32,000 bases of DNA from Salmonella phage P22: the sequence record NC_002371.2; one strand, given 5' to 3'. A model generated the notes under the pieces. The model was given only the letters and a program-made list of their open reading frames with translations, had not been told where the DNA came from and made no database searches. This document shows, piece by piece, positions 11,571 to 20,033 of this stretch. How positions within the stretch are numbered: the stretch's first letter is position 1; each line of letters begins with the position of its first letter. The translations under genes and the position numbers were made by a program.

Positions 11571-11616
11571 TCGTAATGCGAAGGTCGTAGGTTCGACTCC
11601 TATTATCGGCACCAGT
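11571..11616. other. attP: attP core, copy of a tRNA 3' end (thrW-type attachment site)
   Basis: ATTCGTAATGCGAAGGTCGTAGGTTCGACTCCTATTATCGGCACCA, 46 bp with T-arm GGTTCGACTCC and 3' segment ending ACCA; adjacent to the int 3' end. Confidence 0.88.
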
Positions 11617-11628
11617 TAAATCAAATAC

Positions 11629-12792
11629 TTACGTATTATTCGTGCCTTCCTTATTTTTACTGTGGGACATATTTGGGACAGAAGTACCAAAAATCGAGTC
11701 AATTTGTCGAGCATGTTCAGTCAGGTGATTTGGTGCCAGATGAGCATATCGGCGAACCATTTCGATAGACTCCCAGCCACCCATTTCCTGCAATACCGAA
11801 ATCGGAACGCCAGCCTGAACTAACCAACTTGCCCACGTGTGCCTCAGGTCATGAAAACGGAAGTCTTCAATGCCCGCTCGTTTTAATGCTGCCCTCCATG
11901 CAGTATTAGCGTCATAGCGCATCTTCCTCACTACAGGTGATTTAGTTCCGTCTGGTTTGGTGCTGCTTTCCTTGTAGACGAACACCCATTTGTGATGATT
12001 GCCGATTTGCTTTTTCAGCACCCGGCAAGCGGTATCATTCAGCGCCACTCCAATGGCATGATTAGACTTGCTTTGTTCCGGGTGTATCCATGCCACCTTT
12101 CGTTGCATGTCTATCTGCTGCCACTCCAGATTGATAATGTTAGACCGCCTTAAGCCAGTAGAAAGCGCAAACTCTACGACTGACTTTAGCGGTTCCTGGC
12201 ATTCATCAATCAACCTTTTTGCCTCGTGAGGCTCAAGCCAGCGGATACGCTTATTTTTCGGCTGAGGAACTTTGATGATCGGAGCCTTATCCAGCATCTT
12301 CCATTCGCGTTCAGCAGCCCGGAGGAGTGCCTTAATGAATGAAAGGTGAGTTGCTTTTGTAGCTACTGCTGCCGGCTTAGGCTTGAATACCGGAGGCTGC
12401 TTCCCATTCTTCCTGCAAGCTTCATCCATTAACTTCCAGTTTTCCTCATGCCGCCGATTAGTTATCTTCTGGATGGCGGAGTAAATCTTCGTCTCGGTAA
12501 TATCCTTCAACTGCATTCCTGCAAAATGCTGGAGCCAGAATCCTATCCGACTCTTGTCATCATCCAGCGACTTCTTATGCGCCTTCTCCTCTAACCACCT
12601 GACACAGGCCCCCTCAAAAGTCATGTCAGGCGTCTCTCCTAATTTACTTACCCTCCATGCTTCTGCCTTCAGCTTGTCATGAAGCTCTGTGGCCTGCCTT
12701 TTGTCCTTTGTCCCAAGAGACTGCTTAAATCTTTTGCCGTTCGGCAATGTGAAACTGGCGTACCAGGTTTCACCTCTGCGGAATAGTGACAT
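11629..12792 (-). CDS. int: Tyrosine-recombinase integrase
   Basis: 387 aa; catalytic motifs TGLRRSNI...[13 protein letters not shown]...YAHL. Confidence 0.96.
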   Translation of the reverse strand: MSLFRRGETWYASFTLPNGKRFKQSLGTKDKRQATELHDKLKAEAWRVSKLGETPDMTFEGACVRWLEEKAHKKSLDDDKSRIGFWLQHFAGMQLKDITETKIYSAIQKITNRRHEENWKLMDEACRKNGKQPPVFKPKPAAVATKATHLSFIKALLRAAEREWKMLDKAPIIKVPQPKNKRIRWLEPHEAKRLIDECQEPLKSVVEFALSTGLRRSNIINLEWQQIDMQRKVAWIHPEQSKSNHAIGVALNDTACRVLKKQIGNHHKWVFVYKESSTKPDGTKSPVVRKMRYDANTAWRAALKRAGIEDFRFHDLRHTWASWLVQAGVPISVLQEMGGWESIEMVRRYAHLAPNHLTEHARQIDSIFGTSVPNMSHSKNKEGTNNT

Positions 12793-13019
12793 TTCAGTTC
12801 CTCTGTTATGTCATCACCCGCGCTCACCTGGACAGTATGCAGCGGAGATTGAAGTGCCGCAATGCAGGCTTGTCGTGTGGTGAGGTAAGGGGATTTCGGT
12901 TTGGTGGGGTCTTTACGTGTTGCCTGTAGTCGGCCTGTGCGAATCCAGTTGGTGGCGGTAGGTCTGGATATCTTGAGAAATGCACAGGCCTCATCAAGTG
13001 TGAGGCTGTGTGATTCCAT
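12669..13019 (-). CDS. xis: Excisionase
   Basis: [38 protein letters not shown]..., HTH-type; 116 aa; overlaps int start. Confidence 0.9.
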   Translation of the reverse strand: MESHSLTLDEACAFLKISRPTATNWIRTGRLQATRKDPTKPKSPYLTTRQACIAALQSPLHTVQVSAGDDITEELKCHYSAEVKPGTPVSHCRTAKDLSSLLGQRTKGRPQSFMTS

Positions 13020-13021
13020 GT

Positions 13022-13657
13022 TTACTCCGCTGTTTCTTCTTCGTCTTCTTTTGCGTTAGCGATGTCGTAGAATTGCCCGTAAGTTATTTTCTTGAATGCA
13101 TCAGGGATAACAACTACGCCATGCCTTTCTTCTTTGTTATTTGGTATTGCAAAAATAAGACAATCATCGCGTTGCGGGTGCTTGCCGCCGTACGTTGATA
13201 ACATAACGAAACCAAAGCCACGGCCCGATTGACCACCAATTCCTGTACGCATAATCCCGTAGTGGTTGGTTATGTAGTAATTCCATTCAGGCAAGGATTT
13301 TAGCTTGGCGTTAGCGTTATGCATGATTGCATCCAGCTCTTTGTTGTATGCGCGGCCTTCCTTTGTGTTTCCCTTTCCTCGCGCTATCACAACTCTCTTC
13401 CCGTCCAAAAAATCCTCGCGTTTGATTGTTATCTGGCATGGGAATTCATATCCTTTTTCCCAAACGAAGCTTTGTAGAAGTCCGCCTTCTCCACCCCAGC
13501 TACGGGCTGTAGTCCATGCGATTGCGCCAACCTTTTCAGCGGCTGTGGTTAGGATTGAATTTCGTTGATCGTTAATGGTGTCGTATGACTGGATAAGCTC
13601 CTTAACATCCTCACCCTCTACCATGTAGTAGTCGTAATATTTGCTCTGGCCTGACAT
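13022..13657 (-). CDS. Uncharacterised P22 ea-region protein (211 aa)
   Basis: Long ORF in operon orientation directly upstream of xis; no motif I can name. Confidence 0.75.
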   Translation of the reverse strand: MSGQSKYYDYYMVEGEDVKELIQSYDTINDQRNSILTTAAEKVGAIAWTTARSWGGEGGLLQSFVWEKGYEFPCQITIKREDFLDGKRVVIARGKGNTKEGRAYNKELDAIMHNANAKLKSLPEWNYYITNHYGIMRTGIGGQSGRGFGFVMLSTYGGKHPQRDDCLIFAIPNNKEERHGVVVIPDAFKKITYGQFYDIANAKEDEEETAE

Positions 13658-13671
13658 TTATTGTCTCCAAT

Positions 13672-13693
13672 AAAAAACCGCCATCAGGCGGCT
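13672..13693 (-). terminator. Intrinsic terminator in the leftward ea operon
   Basis: Minus strand reads CCGCC-TGAT-GGCGG-TTTTTT. Confidence 0.7.
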
Positions 13694-13757
13694 TGGTGTT
13701 CTTTCAGTTCTTCAATTCGAATATTGGTTACATTGTTTTCATATATGAATAAATAAA

Positions 13758-13937
13758 TTAGCTTTTTTCGTTGCCTTTGCGTTCCTTATTAATTCTGACA
13801 AACTCGTTTTTACCACGCTCTCCAAATGCGTCTTTAGAGTCGTTGTATCCGCAATCGCAGCACACATAATCATCAGACCATCCACGCATTGTTTTTTCTT
13901 TTGCAATATTTCCAGAACCGCATTTTGGACAAGACAT
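13758..13937 (-). CDS. Small zinc-ribbon protein
   Basis: MSCPKCGSGNIAKEKTMRGWSDDYVCCDCGYNDSKDAFGERGKNEF...; CPKC...CCDC pattern; ORF track start at 13970 is probably too far upstream. Confidence 0.7.
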   Translation of the reverse strand: MSCPKCGSGNIAKEKTMRGWSDDYVCCDCGYNDSKDAFGERGKNEFVRINKERKGNEKS

Positions 13938-14033
13938 GTCACTACCTCCAAAGCATGAGTGAGATGACAACGTAACATTGATTGGAGATTAACAATAGAT
14001 TGCTGATGTAAAAGATATGTATAAGCTTCGCTA

Positions 14034-14987
14034 TCAAAGGGGAGGATCTGGTAGCTGCATCCAGTGGCTTACACCGATAATTTCCATACCCTCCCAATAG
14101 TCAAAGAACCCATCATCGTCGTATGTAGCAACGAACATCCCCTGACCCAGACATTTTCCGGTAAAAATTGCGATGGGTTTAGATTCATCATTATCTGGCA
14201 TTCGCTCACTACAGCTTATCCAGCCACCCGGAATTACCGGAGAGTTGCCTGCCAGCGCTTCTTGCAGTCGTTCAAGCTTCACGTATTCCTGAACGCAAGT
14301 TCCCGAGTAGTTATTTATCCAGATGGTCGCCTTTTCTGGGTCAGGCGTATAAGTAACCACTTCTCCCGACTGCCAGCACAGGGCGTACAGGTCAGCGACT
14401 GCCTTAACCTGTGCGTATGGCAACTCGGCAGGGCATTCCTCCGGCACTACCGACTCTGGCTGCTCTTTGATATGCAGTCGTGGCTCGCCGTCTTTCGGTT
14501 CAGGCCACTGGCGTGTTTTGTTTATCTCCAGTTTTTCAATCATCGCCCTCGTAATGAATTCGTCGGAAATTCCCATGCGCCGCTGGGCATCCCACAATAA
14601 AAACTGCATATCAGCCCATTCAAGCGGGTCTGATGGGTCGGCAGCGGCTTCCAGCGCTTCTTTCGAAAGATGTTTAAGCGGGCCGACTGGACCAACATCG
14701 CCGAACGTCTTATCTGACCACTCGGCGTGCTCACGGCGAATACGTTCGCGTTCTGGCACTGGCGGGGCGGCGTAGAGCGGTATATACACGGCAACATCAT
14801 CAGCAGCATTTGGCTGCTGCTCTAATGTCACGCATGTACCGGAAAATTTATTCAGGTATCGCACAGTCTCAGCATCCAGCGATGCCAGCGCAATCCGTGC
14901 CAGCTCCATTTGTTCGCCACGGGTAAGCCCGTTTTCAAGCGGCGATTTAACGAACAATTCAATACGTTCTTTGGTAATAGTGGTCAT
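14034..14987 (-). CDS. eaA: EaA-type accessory protein with C-terminal DUF551-like domain
   Basis: 317 aa; C-terminus GGWISCSERMPDNDESKPIAIFTGK...VSHWMQLPDPPL. Confidence 0.7.
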   Translation of the reverse strand: MTTITKERIELFVKSPLENGLTRGEQMELARIALASLDAETVRYLNKFSGTCVTLEQQPNAADDVAVYIPLYAAPPVPERERIRREHAEWSDKTFGDVGPVGPLKHLSKEALEAAADPSDPLEWADMQFLLWDAQRRMGISDEFITRAMIEKLEINKTRQWPEPKDGEPRLHIKEQPESVVPEECPAELPYAQVKAVADLYALCWQSGEVVTYTPDPEKATIWINNYSGTCVQEYVKLERLQEALAGNSPVIPGGWISCSERMPDNDESKPIAIFTGKCLGQGMFVATYDDDGFFDYWEGMEIIGVSHWMQLPDPPL

Positions 14988-14990
14988 GGG

Positions 14991-15185
14991 TTAGTCCTCA
15001 ACGCTGATATCAACGGCCACTTTCATTCTCCCGGCAGAAACTTCAAAACCGGTGACATCCGCATTAAGCATGTATTCAGATATAACCAGCGCAAGAAGTT
15101 TTAACTTCGCGTCTGTATCGTTACCGTTCAATTCTTCAAGAAGCTCAATAACTGGCTTCATATGTTCACCAATCTTCATGCTCAT
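14991..15185 (-). CDS. Small hypothetical protein of the ea region
   Basis: 64 aa [64 protein letters not shown]; coupled with flanking genes. Confidence 0.65.
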
Positions 15186-15775
15186 TCCCCCTTAACCTTG
15201 ATGCCAGCGCGTGTGCTATATGCAGACATGCACTGCGTGAACCCGGATTGGTCATCTGTCTGCCCATAACTGAACCCTGCTTTCAGGCCGTCACGGAATG
15301 CGCCATCCTGCAACTTGTCGTCAGTTTCAAGCTTCGCCTCCAGTTCTTGAATACGCTGGCGTAACGCTGTAATTTCCACCTCAGCAGCGTCTGCGTAATG
15401 AACGTTTTCATGCTCAAGTGGTGGTAAATCCGGCGTAATGACACCAAAAAGTTTTGCCAGCGCCCGGTAATTCAGTTCGCTGTGATAACGACCTTTGCAG
15501 CGAACCAGTTTTTCAGCAGCAGCTACAATCGCGCTTTGTTCTGTCATGCGCTTTTTTGCTGCTTCCAGCTCAACTCGCAGCTTCCCAACCGTAAGCGCAA
15601 TATCCTCGTCCTCCTGGTCGCGGAGTTTGATGTATTGCTGTTTTTTATCCAGCTCATCCAGCAGCGCCTCTGCGGCGATATAAATAACCTGGCGTGCACG
15701 GTCTGCTGGGTCGCTGTAATGGTCTTGCATGTACTGGAATTCTTCACGCAGCGCCTGTTTGTCGATGTTGCTCAT
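15182..15775 (-). CDS. Ea22-like coiled-coil accessory protein
   Basis: Start [46 protein letters not shown]...; 197 aa with Glu/Lys-rich coiled coil. Confidence 0.75.
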
Positions 15776-16131
15776 TGGGCTGTCTCCGGTGGATAACAAA
15801 TATCGTCGAAATATTTTTCTGCAACGCACATGTTGAAGTGATCGAGATTCATCTCCTCCACCTGGAGTTTTGCCCCAACAATACCCGTGCATCGATTGAC
15901 GTAATCCCGATTTTCTGGGGATTCCGCTACCCACTCCATAAGGTCTTCGGTGACACGTTTTAAGCAACGTAAGGCGCAGTCCATATCAGTAAAATGCTGA
16001 GCATCTGTGATGCAGGAGACGACATAATACGTGGTGATTTTTGGCCCTTCAGCGCGTCGCTTAAGTTCTCTCTCTATATCTCTTTTCAGATCAACCAGTT
16101 CATGGTCATTGAGTTTGTCGATGTTGCTCAT
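15772..16131 (-). CDS. Hypothetical accessory protein
   Basis: Start MSNIDKLNDHELVDLKRDIERELKRRAEGPKITTYYVVSCI...; overlaps the downstream start. Confidence 0.7.
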   Translation of the reverse strand: MSNIDKLNDHELVDLKRDIERELKRRAEGPKITTYYVVSCITDAQHFTDMDCALRCLKRVTEDLMEWVAESPENRDYVNRCTGIVGAKLQVEEMNLDHFNMCVAEKYFDDICYPPETAQ

Positions 16132-16243
16132 TGGGCTGGCCCTCGCATTTGTGATTTTCTGGATCATCGGCTTTGAAATAACCGCCGCAGATTTTGCAGG
16201 GTATCGTCGGCACTTCGTCGTAATTTGAGGTTCCCGTAATCAT
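16106..16243 (-). CDS. 45 aa putative zinc-binding microprotein
   Basis: Translated by eye: [45 protein letters not shown]; CxxC...HxxxC; ATG overlaps the upstream stop. Confidence 0.6.
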   Translation of the reverse strand: MITGTSNYDEVPTIPCKICGGYFKADDPENHKCEGQPNEQHRQTQ

Positions 16244-16737
16244 GACTGCACTCCTTTGCGAAGCTGGGCGGCGATATCTTCGATAACGCCATCGGCGAAT
16301 GAGCGATCAAAATCGCCTTCCGGTGCATCAGCCATAAATTCTGTGGAGGTCAGTATCATTCGTGCGATGTCCGCAGCGTTCTTTGCTGTGTCGTCGATAA
16401 ATCCTGCATCCCATGCGGCCAGCATTCGGTTAGCAACAAAGTAAGCGCCTTCCTTGTGAGCCTGCGCCCGCATCTCCGCCAGAAAGGCGTCTGTCGCCGG
16501 GGTCTCAGTGAAATCGTCTACCCACGTATCGCCAACGTCCTCGCACTCGTGACGACAATAATCGTTGAATTCGACCTCTGATTTTTTCAGTGCCCCATTC
16601 TCCACCACCAGTGCCGCGCATTTCGCCTCCAGTTCCCGATAATCCGACGCCAGCACCAGATCCACACAGAACGATTCAGACTGTACCGGTGGGGATAAAT
16701 CTGATGGGGATGCGGTGTAAATTTTTACCTGTTGCAT
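16240..16737 (-). CDS. Hypothetical Ea22-like protein (165 aa)
   Basis: Operon-oriented [55 protein letters not shown]... Confidence 0.7.
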
Positions 16738-16895
16738 TTATCTTTCCTCAGTATCGCATTCAAATATTTATTCTCGTTAATAGAAGGAAATGAATTGCGC
16801 TGCAATAATTCTTCGCGTGTAGGCATTGGTTTAATTTTGTGCCTAATAATAAGTTCGGCTGGTAGAATGTCGGGATTGTATGCAAGTCCTCTCAT
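16725..16895 (-). CDS. Hypothetical small protein (56 aa)
   Basis: [56 protein letters not shown]; stop overlaps next start. Confidence 0.6.
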
Positions 16896-16905
16896 CGTAA
16901 ACTCC

Positions 16906-17199
16906 TCAGTTATTGCTGATAGCTCCGTAACGCGAACGGTAATCACGAAGACGCGGGTCTATTTCAATGAATTTGGTGTAAGTGGCTTTGCGGAATGGCC
17001 GGATGGCTGTCTGGTAAATTCGCTCGCGTTCTTCTTTCTCTGCAAGCCATATACAGTGGCGAAATTCCTTTTCCTCTTTCGTTTCCTGCGGTAGTGACAT
17101 TATCAGGTCGTAGTTTTTTCTGAATTTATCCAGCACCTCCGATACGGAATTGCCGGAACAGCGGCGCGGGTCATCCGCACCATACAAAGGCGCTGGCAT
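16906..17199 (-). CDS. abc2: Anti-RecBCD protein Abc2
   Basis: 97 aa, [58 protein letters not shown]...; position downstream of abc1. Confidence 0.92.
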
Positions 17200-17245
17200 A
17201 ATTTACTCCAGGGTAGGTTATCCGAATAATGTGGTACGTATAGGG

Positions 17246-17530
17246 TTATTTCTTTCGTAAACGTGATAGCCTGCTTTTTACCGACTCTTCACTTCGCCCG
17301 AGAATTTTTGCTACATTTCTTTGTGTATAGCCTGATGAGATAAGCGTCTGCATTCTTTTGTCTTCGTCGTCGCTCCATCTTGGCTTAATGAATGCCGTTT
17401 TTAATGACAGTTTTTTTGCTATGTAATAAAACTGATTTATGTTTAGGCCCAGATGTTCTGCTGCACGGCAAGCTACCATGCGACCGCAAACTGACTCCAT
17501 CTCCGCTGTAGTTATGTTTAATCTTCTCAT
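17246..17530 (-). CDS. abc1: Anti-RecBCD protein Abc1
   Basis: 94 aa, [29 protein letters not shown]... between erf and abc2. Confidence 0.9.
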
Positions 17531-18147
17531 TAAGCCACCTGTTTAAGCTCATTTATTCTGATATTCATTACCTGAACGCATTTTGTCTGCTCATCATCGT
17601 GACCAGTCAATAATTGCCAGTCGTGCTGGTATCTCTCAATTAGCTTTTTCTTGTCCGTTTCTGTTGCTGCATATTCACTGAATGCCTTAAGAACCTGTTC
17701 AGGAGCAGGGGAGGAAGGCGATGATTTAGTTTGCTTAGCAGGTGCTGCATTCTGCTGCTGTTTGTGCTCCTCAGTATCAGCGTCTTTGGCGTCGTCGATA
17801 CCAAACAAACCGTTAAGGCAATATTTGCGAGCGTAAGAGCTTGTAGCGCCCGTTACCTGAGCTGCATCCATTCCCTTCTTGTTTTCTTCTTCTCGCGCTA
17901 TAGCGCTTGCTGAATGGCTATTTTCACCATCTGTAATGGTCGCTGTGGCCTTGACGTAATAACGGTCGCCAATCAGCACGATTTCATCACTGATAGACAG
18001 GAACAGACCTTTCAGTAGTGGCTTAACACCCTCAAGAATGTCCTCACAACTGCGGTATTTGTATTTACCAAACGAGTTGTACTGATTCTTTGGCGCATTC
18101 AGATGCTCCTGAATTTCAGCAAGTCTTGCGTAAAACTCTTTGCTCAT
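17530..18147 (-). CDS. erf: Erf ssDNA annealing / recombination protein
   Basis: 205 aa [45 protein letters not shown]... Confidence 0.96.
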
Positions 18148-18287
18148 GAGTAATACCCCGCAAATTCATCCCAACCAATAATCGGATTTTGCCGTTCTGC
18201 GGCTAAGTTGATTTGTTGCTCAACCTCTTCCTCAATTTCAGGAGAGATAAGCGCGATAAATTCTTCGTCACTAAATTCATGCTGCAT
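18144..18287 (-). CDS. arf: Arf accessory recombination function
   Basis: 47 aa [47 protein letters not shown], overlapping erf start. Confidence 0.85.
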   Translation of the reverse strand: MQHEFSDEEFIALISPEIEEEVEQQINLAAERQNPIIGWDEFAGYYS

Positions 18288-18465
18288 GATTTCGATTCCA
18301 GTCTTCGTCCTGACAATCTTCCCAGCCCATTGCGATTGATGATGCCCATGCGTATGCGGCGCTGTTACCTTCCTTCGTATCCGGGAAGGATGCTTCGTAG
18401 AGCTTGTTAAACTCACGATTGCCTTGCTGCACAAGGATGGTTCCGTTAACAGGCACAATAGTCAT
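18277..18465 (-). CDS. kil: Kil-position protein
   Basis: 62 aa MTIVPVNGTILVQQGNREFNKLYEASFPDTKEGNSAAYAWASSIAMGWEDCQDEDWNRNHAA, between c3 and arf. Confidence 0.65.
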   Translation of the reverse strand: MTIVPVNGTILVQQGNREFNKLYEASFPDTKEGNSAAYAWASSIAMGWEDCQDEDWNRNHAA

Positions 18466-18604
18466 GGCTCGGCACTCCAGGCTGATTAAGGATGTCTGCC
18501 AGCCGTTTCCAGCCAGCGCGTAATTTGCGGGTGATGCGATCTAAAAGTGATTCGTGTAACTGGGAAACGCCCATGCGAGCGCTTCCCGCGATTGCGATAA
18601 TCAT
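18446..18604 (-). CDS. c3: CIII-type lysogeny regulator
   Basis: Translated by eye: MIIAIAGSARMGVSQLHESLLDRITRKLRAGWKRLADILNQPGVPSHDYCAC, 52 aa; amphipathic CIII-like helix; absent from the supplied ORF track. Confidence 0.9.
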   Translation of the reverse strand: MIIAIAGSARMGVSQLHESLLDRITRKLRAGWKRLADILNQPGVPSHDYCAC

Positions 18605-18689
18605 GGGAGTTCCTTATGTTGTGTGTGATTGCATGAGGCTGAGCACTTGAATAAATACTCACTCAGATGCGGATATGAAAAAGCCGCAC

Positions 18690-19001
18690 TCAGGCGGCTG
18701 TCGTTTCTTCTTTCAGGCTTTCGAGATATTCACGCGGGTCGTCGTAACACTGGCACTCGCTATACCAATCAATCCAGCGATCATCCAGTTCCATATCTTC
18801 CAAATCCTGGTCGGTAAGGCTCTCGTCAAACATCTGTAAACCGTTGGCGTTGCAGTAATCAGGCTTGATGTTGTTGTCATACTGAAAGGCGTCATAATCA
18901 GCCAGTGCATCCATCATTCGTACACCTTCTTCAACACTACCCACTTCTACAATGAATGGCTTCATAGGGACTTGCGGGATATGCCAGACACGTAATTTCA
19001 T
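18690..19001 (-). CDS. 17: gp17, superinfection (Fels-1) exclusion-relief-type protein
   Basis: 103 aa MKLRVWHIPQVPMKPFIVEVGSVEEGVRMMDALADYDAFQYDNNIKPDYCNANGLQMFDE... Confidence 0.8.
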   Translation of the reverse strand: MKLRVWHIPQVPMKPFIVEVGSVEEGVRMMDALADYDAFQYDNNIKPDYCNANGLQMFDESLTDQDLEDMELDDRWIDWYSECQCYDDPREYLESLKEETTAA

Positions 19002-19148
19002 ATTTCCTCCAGGCAAAAAGAATGCCGCCCATATAGAGCGGCAAGACTATCAAGGGATGATTCTCCAATAACCAGAACGAGTCTTCGTCCTCATTCGGTT
19101 ACGAGCGATATTGCTCACATAGCAGACTCGTAAATCTGCTATAGGTGC

Positions 19149-19352
19149 TTATTCGCTTGGTGGTTCAGGTAATGGCATCCAGTGAGTCACTCGCTCATGC
19201 TTGATTAAACGCGTGTCCTGCTTTGAGTTCTTTGCCTCAATTACTGGCTTCCTCATGGTGTAAATTCCCGAGAAATTTGAATTGCAAACACAATATCCAA
19301 GCACAGTAATTCCGGATTCCGGCATCCGCTCACTACACTTAATCCACTCCAT
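19149..19352 (-). CDS. DUF551-like small protein
   Basis: 67 aa [67 protein letters not shown]. Confidence 0.75.
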   Translation of the reverse strand: MEWIKCSERMPESGITVLGYCVCNSNFSGIYTMRKPVIEAKNSKQDTRLIKHERVTHWMPLPEPPSE

Positions 19353-19588
19353 CACTCCTTCCCCAGAGCCTTGCCGATGGCTGCGCGAGCCGTCGCGTAC
19401 ACAGCGTCCCACTCGCTCACGTCATGTTCCATATCGATAATGCTTAACAGAGCCTCGAGAAGCTCAGGAGCTGCACTTGCCAATTTTATTTCCTGCTTAT
19501 TGGCGTTCTCGGCTGAAAACAGAATGTGACCTTCAGTAACATCGACAATGTAATCTTCATCAACATCCCAATGCGGTATGTCTTTCAT
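19349..19588 (-). CDS. Hypothetical protein
   Basis: [78 protein letters not shown]; overlaps next ORF (stop near 19352). Confidence 0.7.
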
Positions 19589-19624
19589 ATTCACCTCTGT
19601 GGCTTGCTGCCAAAAGAAGACAGA

Positions 19625-19819
19625 CTATATAGCCTTTAGTTTTTCCAGCTCTCTGGCAATCATTTCCGTGGTTCTGATTGCCCATTTATCGACAATCTTT
19701 CCATCTTCTCTCACCAGAGCCATTTCCTCAGGCTTTACCATACATTCAGCATCAAGCTTGCAGCCTTTGCATTTCACAAAACGACTACACCATTGATTTG
19801 TATCAATAGTCGTAGTCAT
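19625..19819 (-). CDS. ral: Ral restriction alleviation protein
   Basis: 64 aa MTTTIDTNQWCSRFVKCKGCKLDAECMVKPEEMALVREDGKIVDKWAIRTTEMIARELEKLKAI, strong resemblance to lambda Ral. Confidence 0.92.
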   Translation of the reverse strand: MTTTIDTNQWCSRFVKCKGCKLDAECMVKPEEMALVREDGKIVDKWAIRTTEMIARELEKLKAI

Positions 19820-19889
19820 ATGGGTAGTCCTGGTATTGTTCCATCACATCCTGAGGATGCTCTTCGAACTCTTCAAATTCTTCTTCCAT
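19803..19889 (-). CDS. 28 aa highly acidic peptide upstream of ral
   Basis: Translated by eye: MEEEFEEFEEHPQDVMEQYQDYPYDYDY*; overlaps ral start. Confidence 0.55.
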   Translation of the reverse strand: MEEEFEEFEEHPQDVMEQYQDYPYDYDY

Positions 19890-20033
19890 ATCTCATCTCA
19901 AATAGTGGATTGCGGTAGTAAAGATTGTGCCTGTCTTTTAACCACGTCAGGCTCGGTGGTTCTCGTGTACCCCTACAGCGAGAAATCGGATAAACTCTAT
20001 TCACCCCTACAGAGAGTAAAAAGAGAATCGCCG

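Noticed and set aside
11571-11616. Possible complete tRNA gene
   Set aside because: Only the tRNA 3' portion (anticodon-arm end, variable loop, T arm, acceptor 3' strand) is present; it is the attP core.
14064-14600. 178 aa + strand ORF opposite eaA (also 15694..15963 and 14467..14775)
   Set aside because: Antisense shadow frames of eaA and the ea22-like gene; no RBS context or domain signal.
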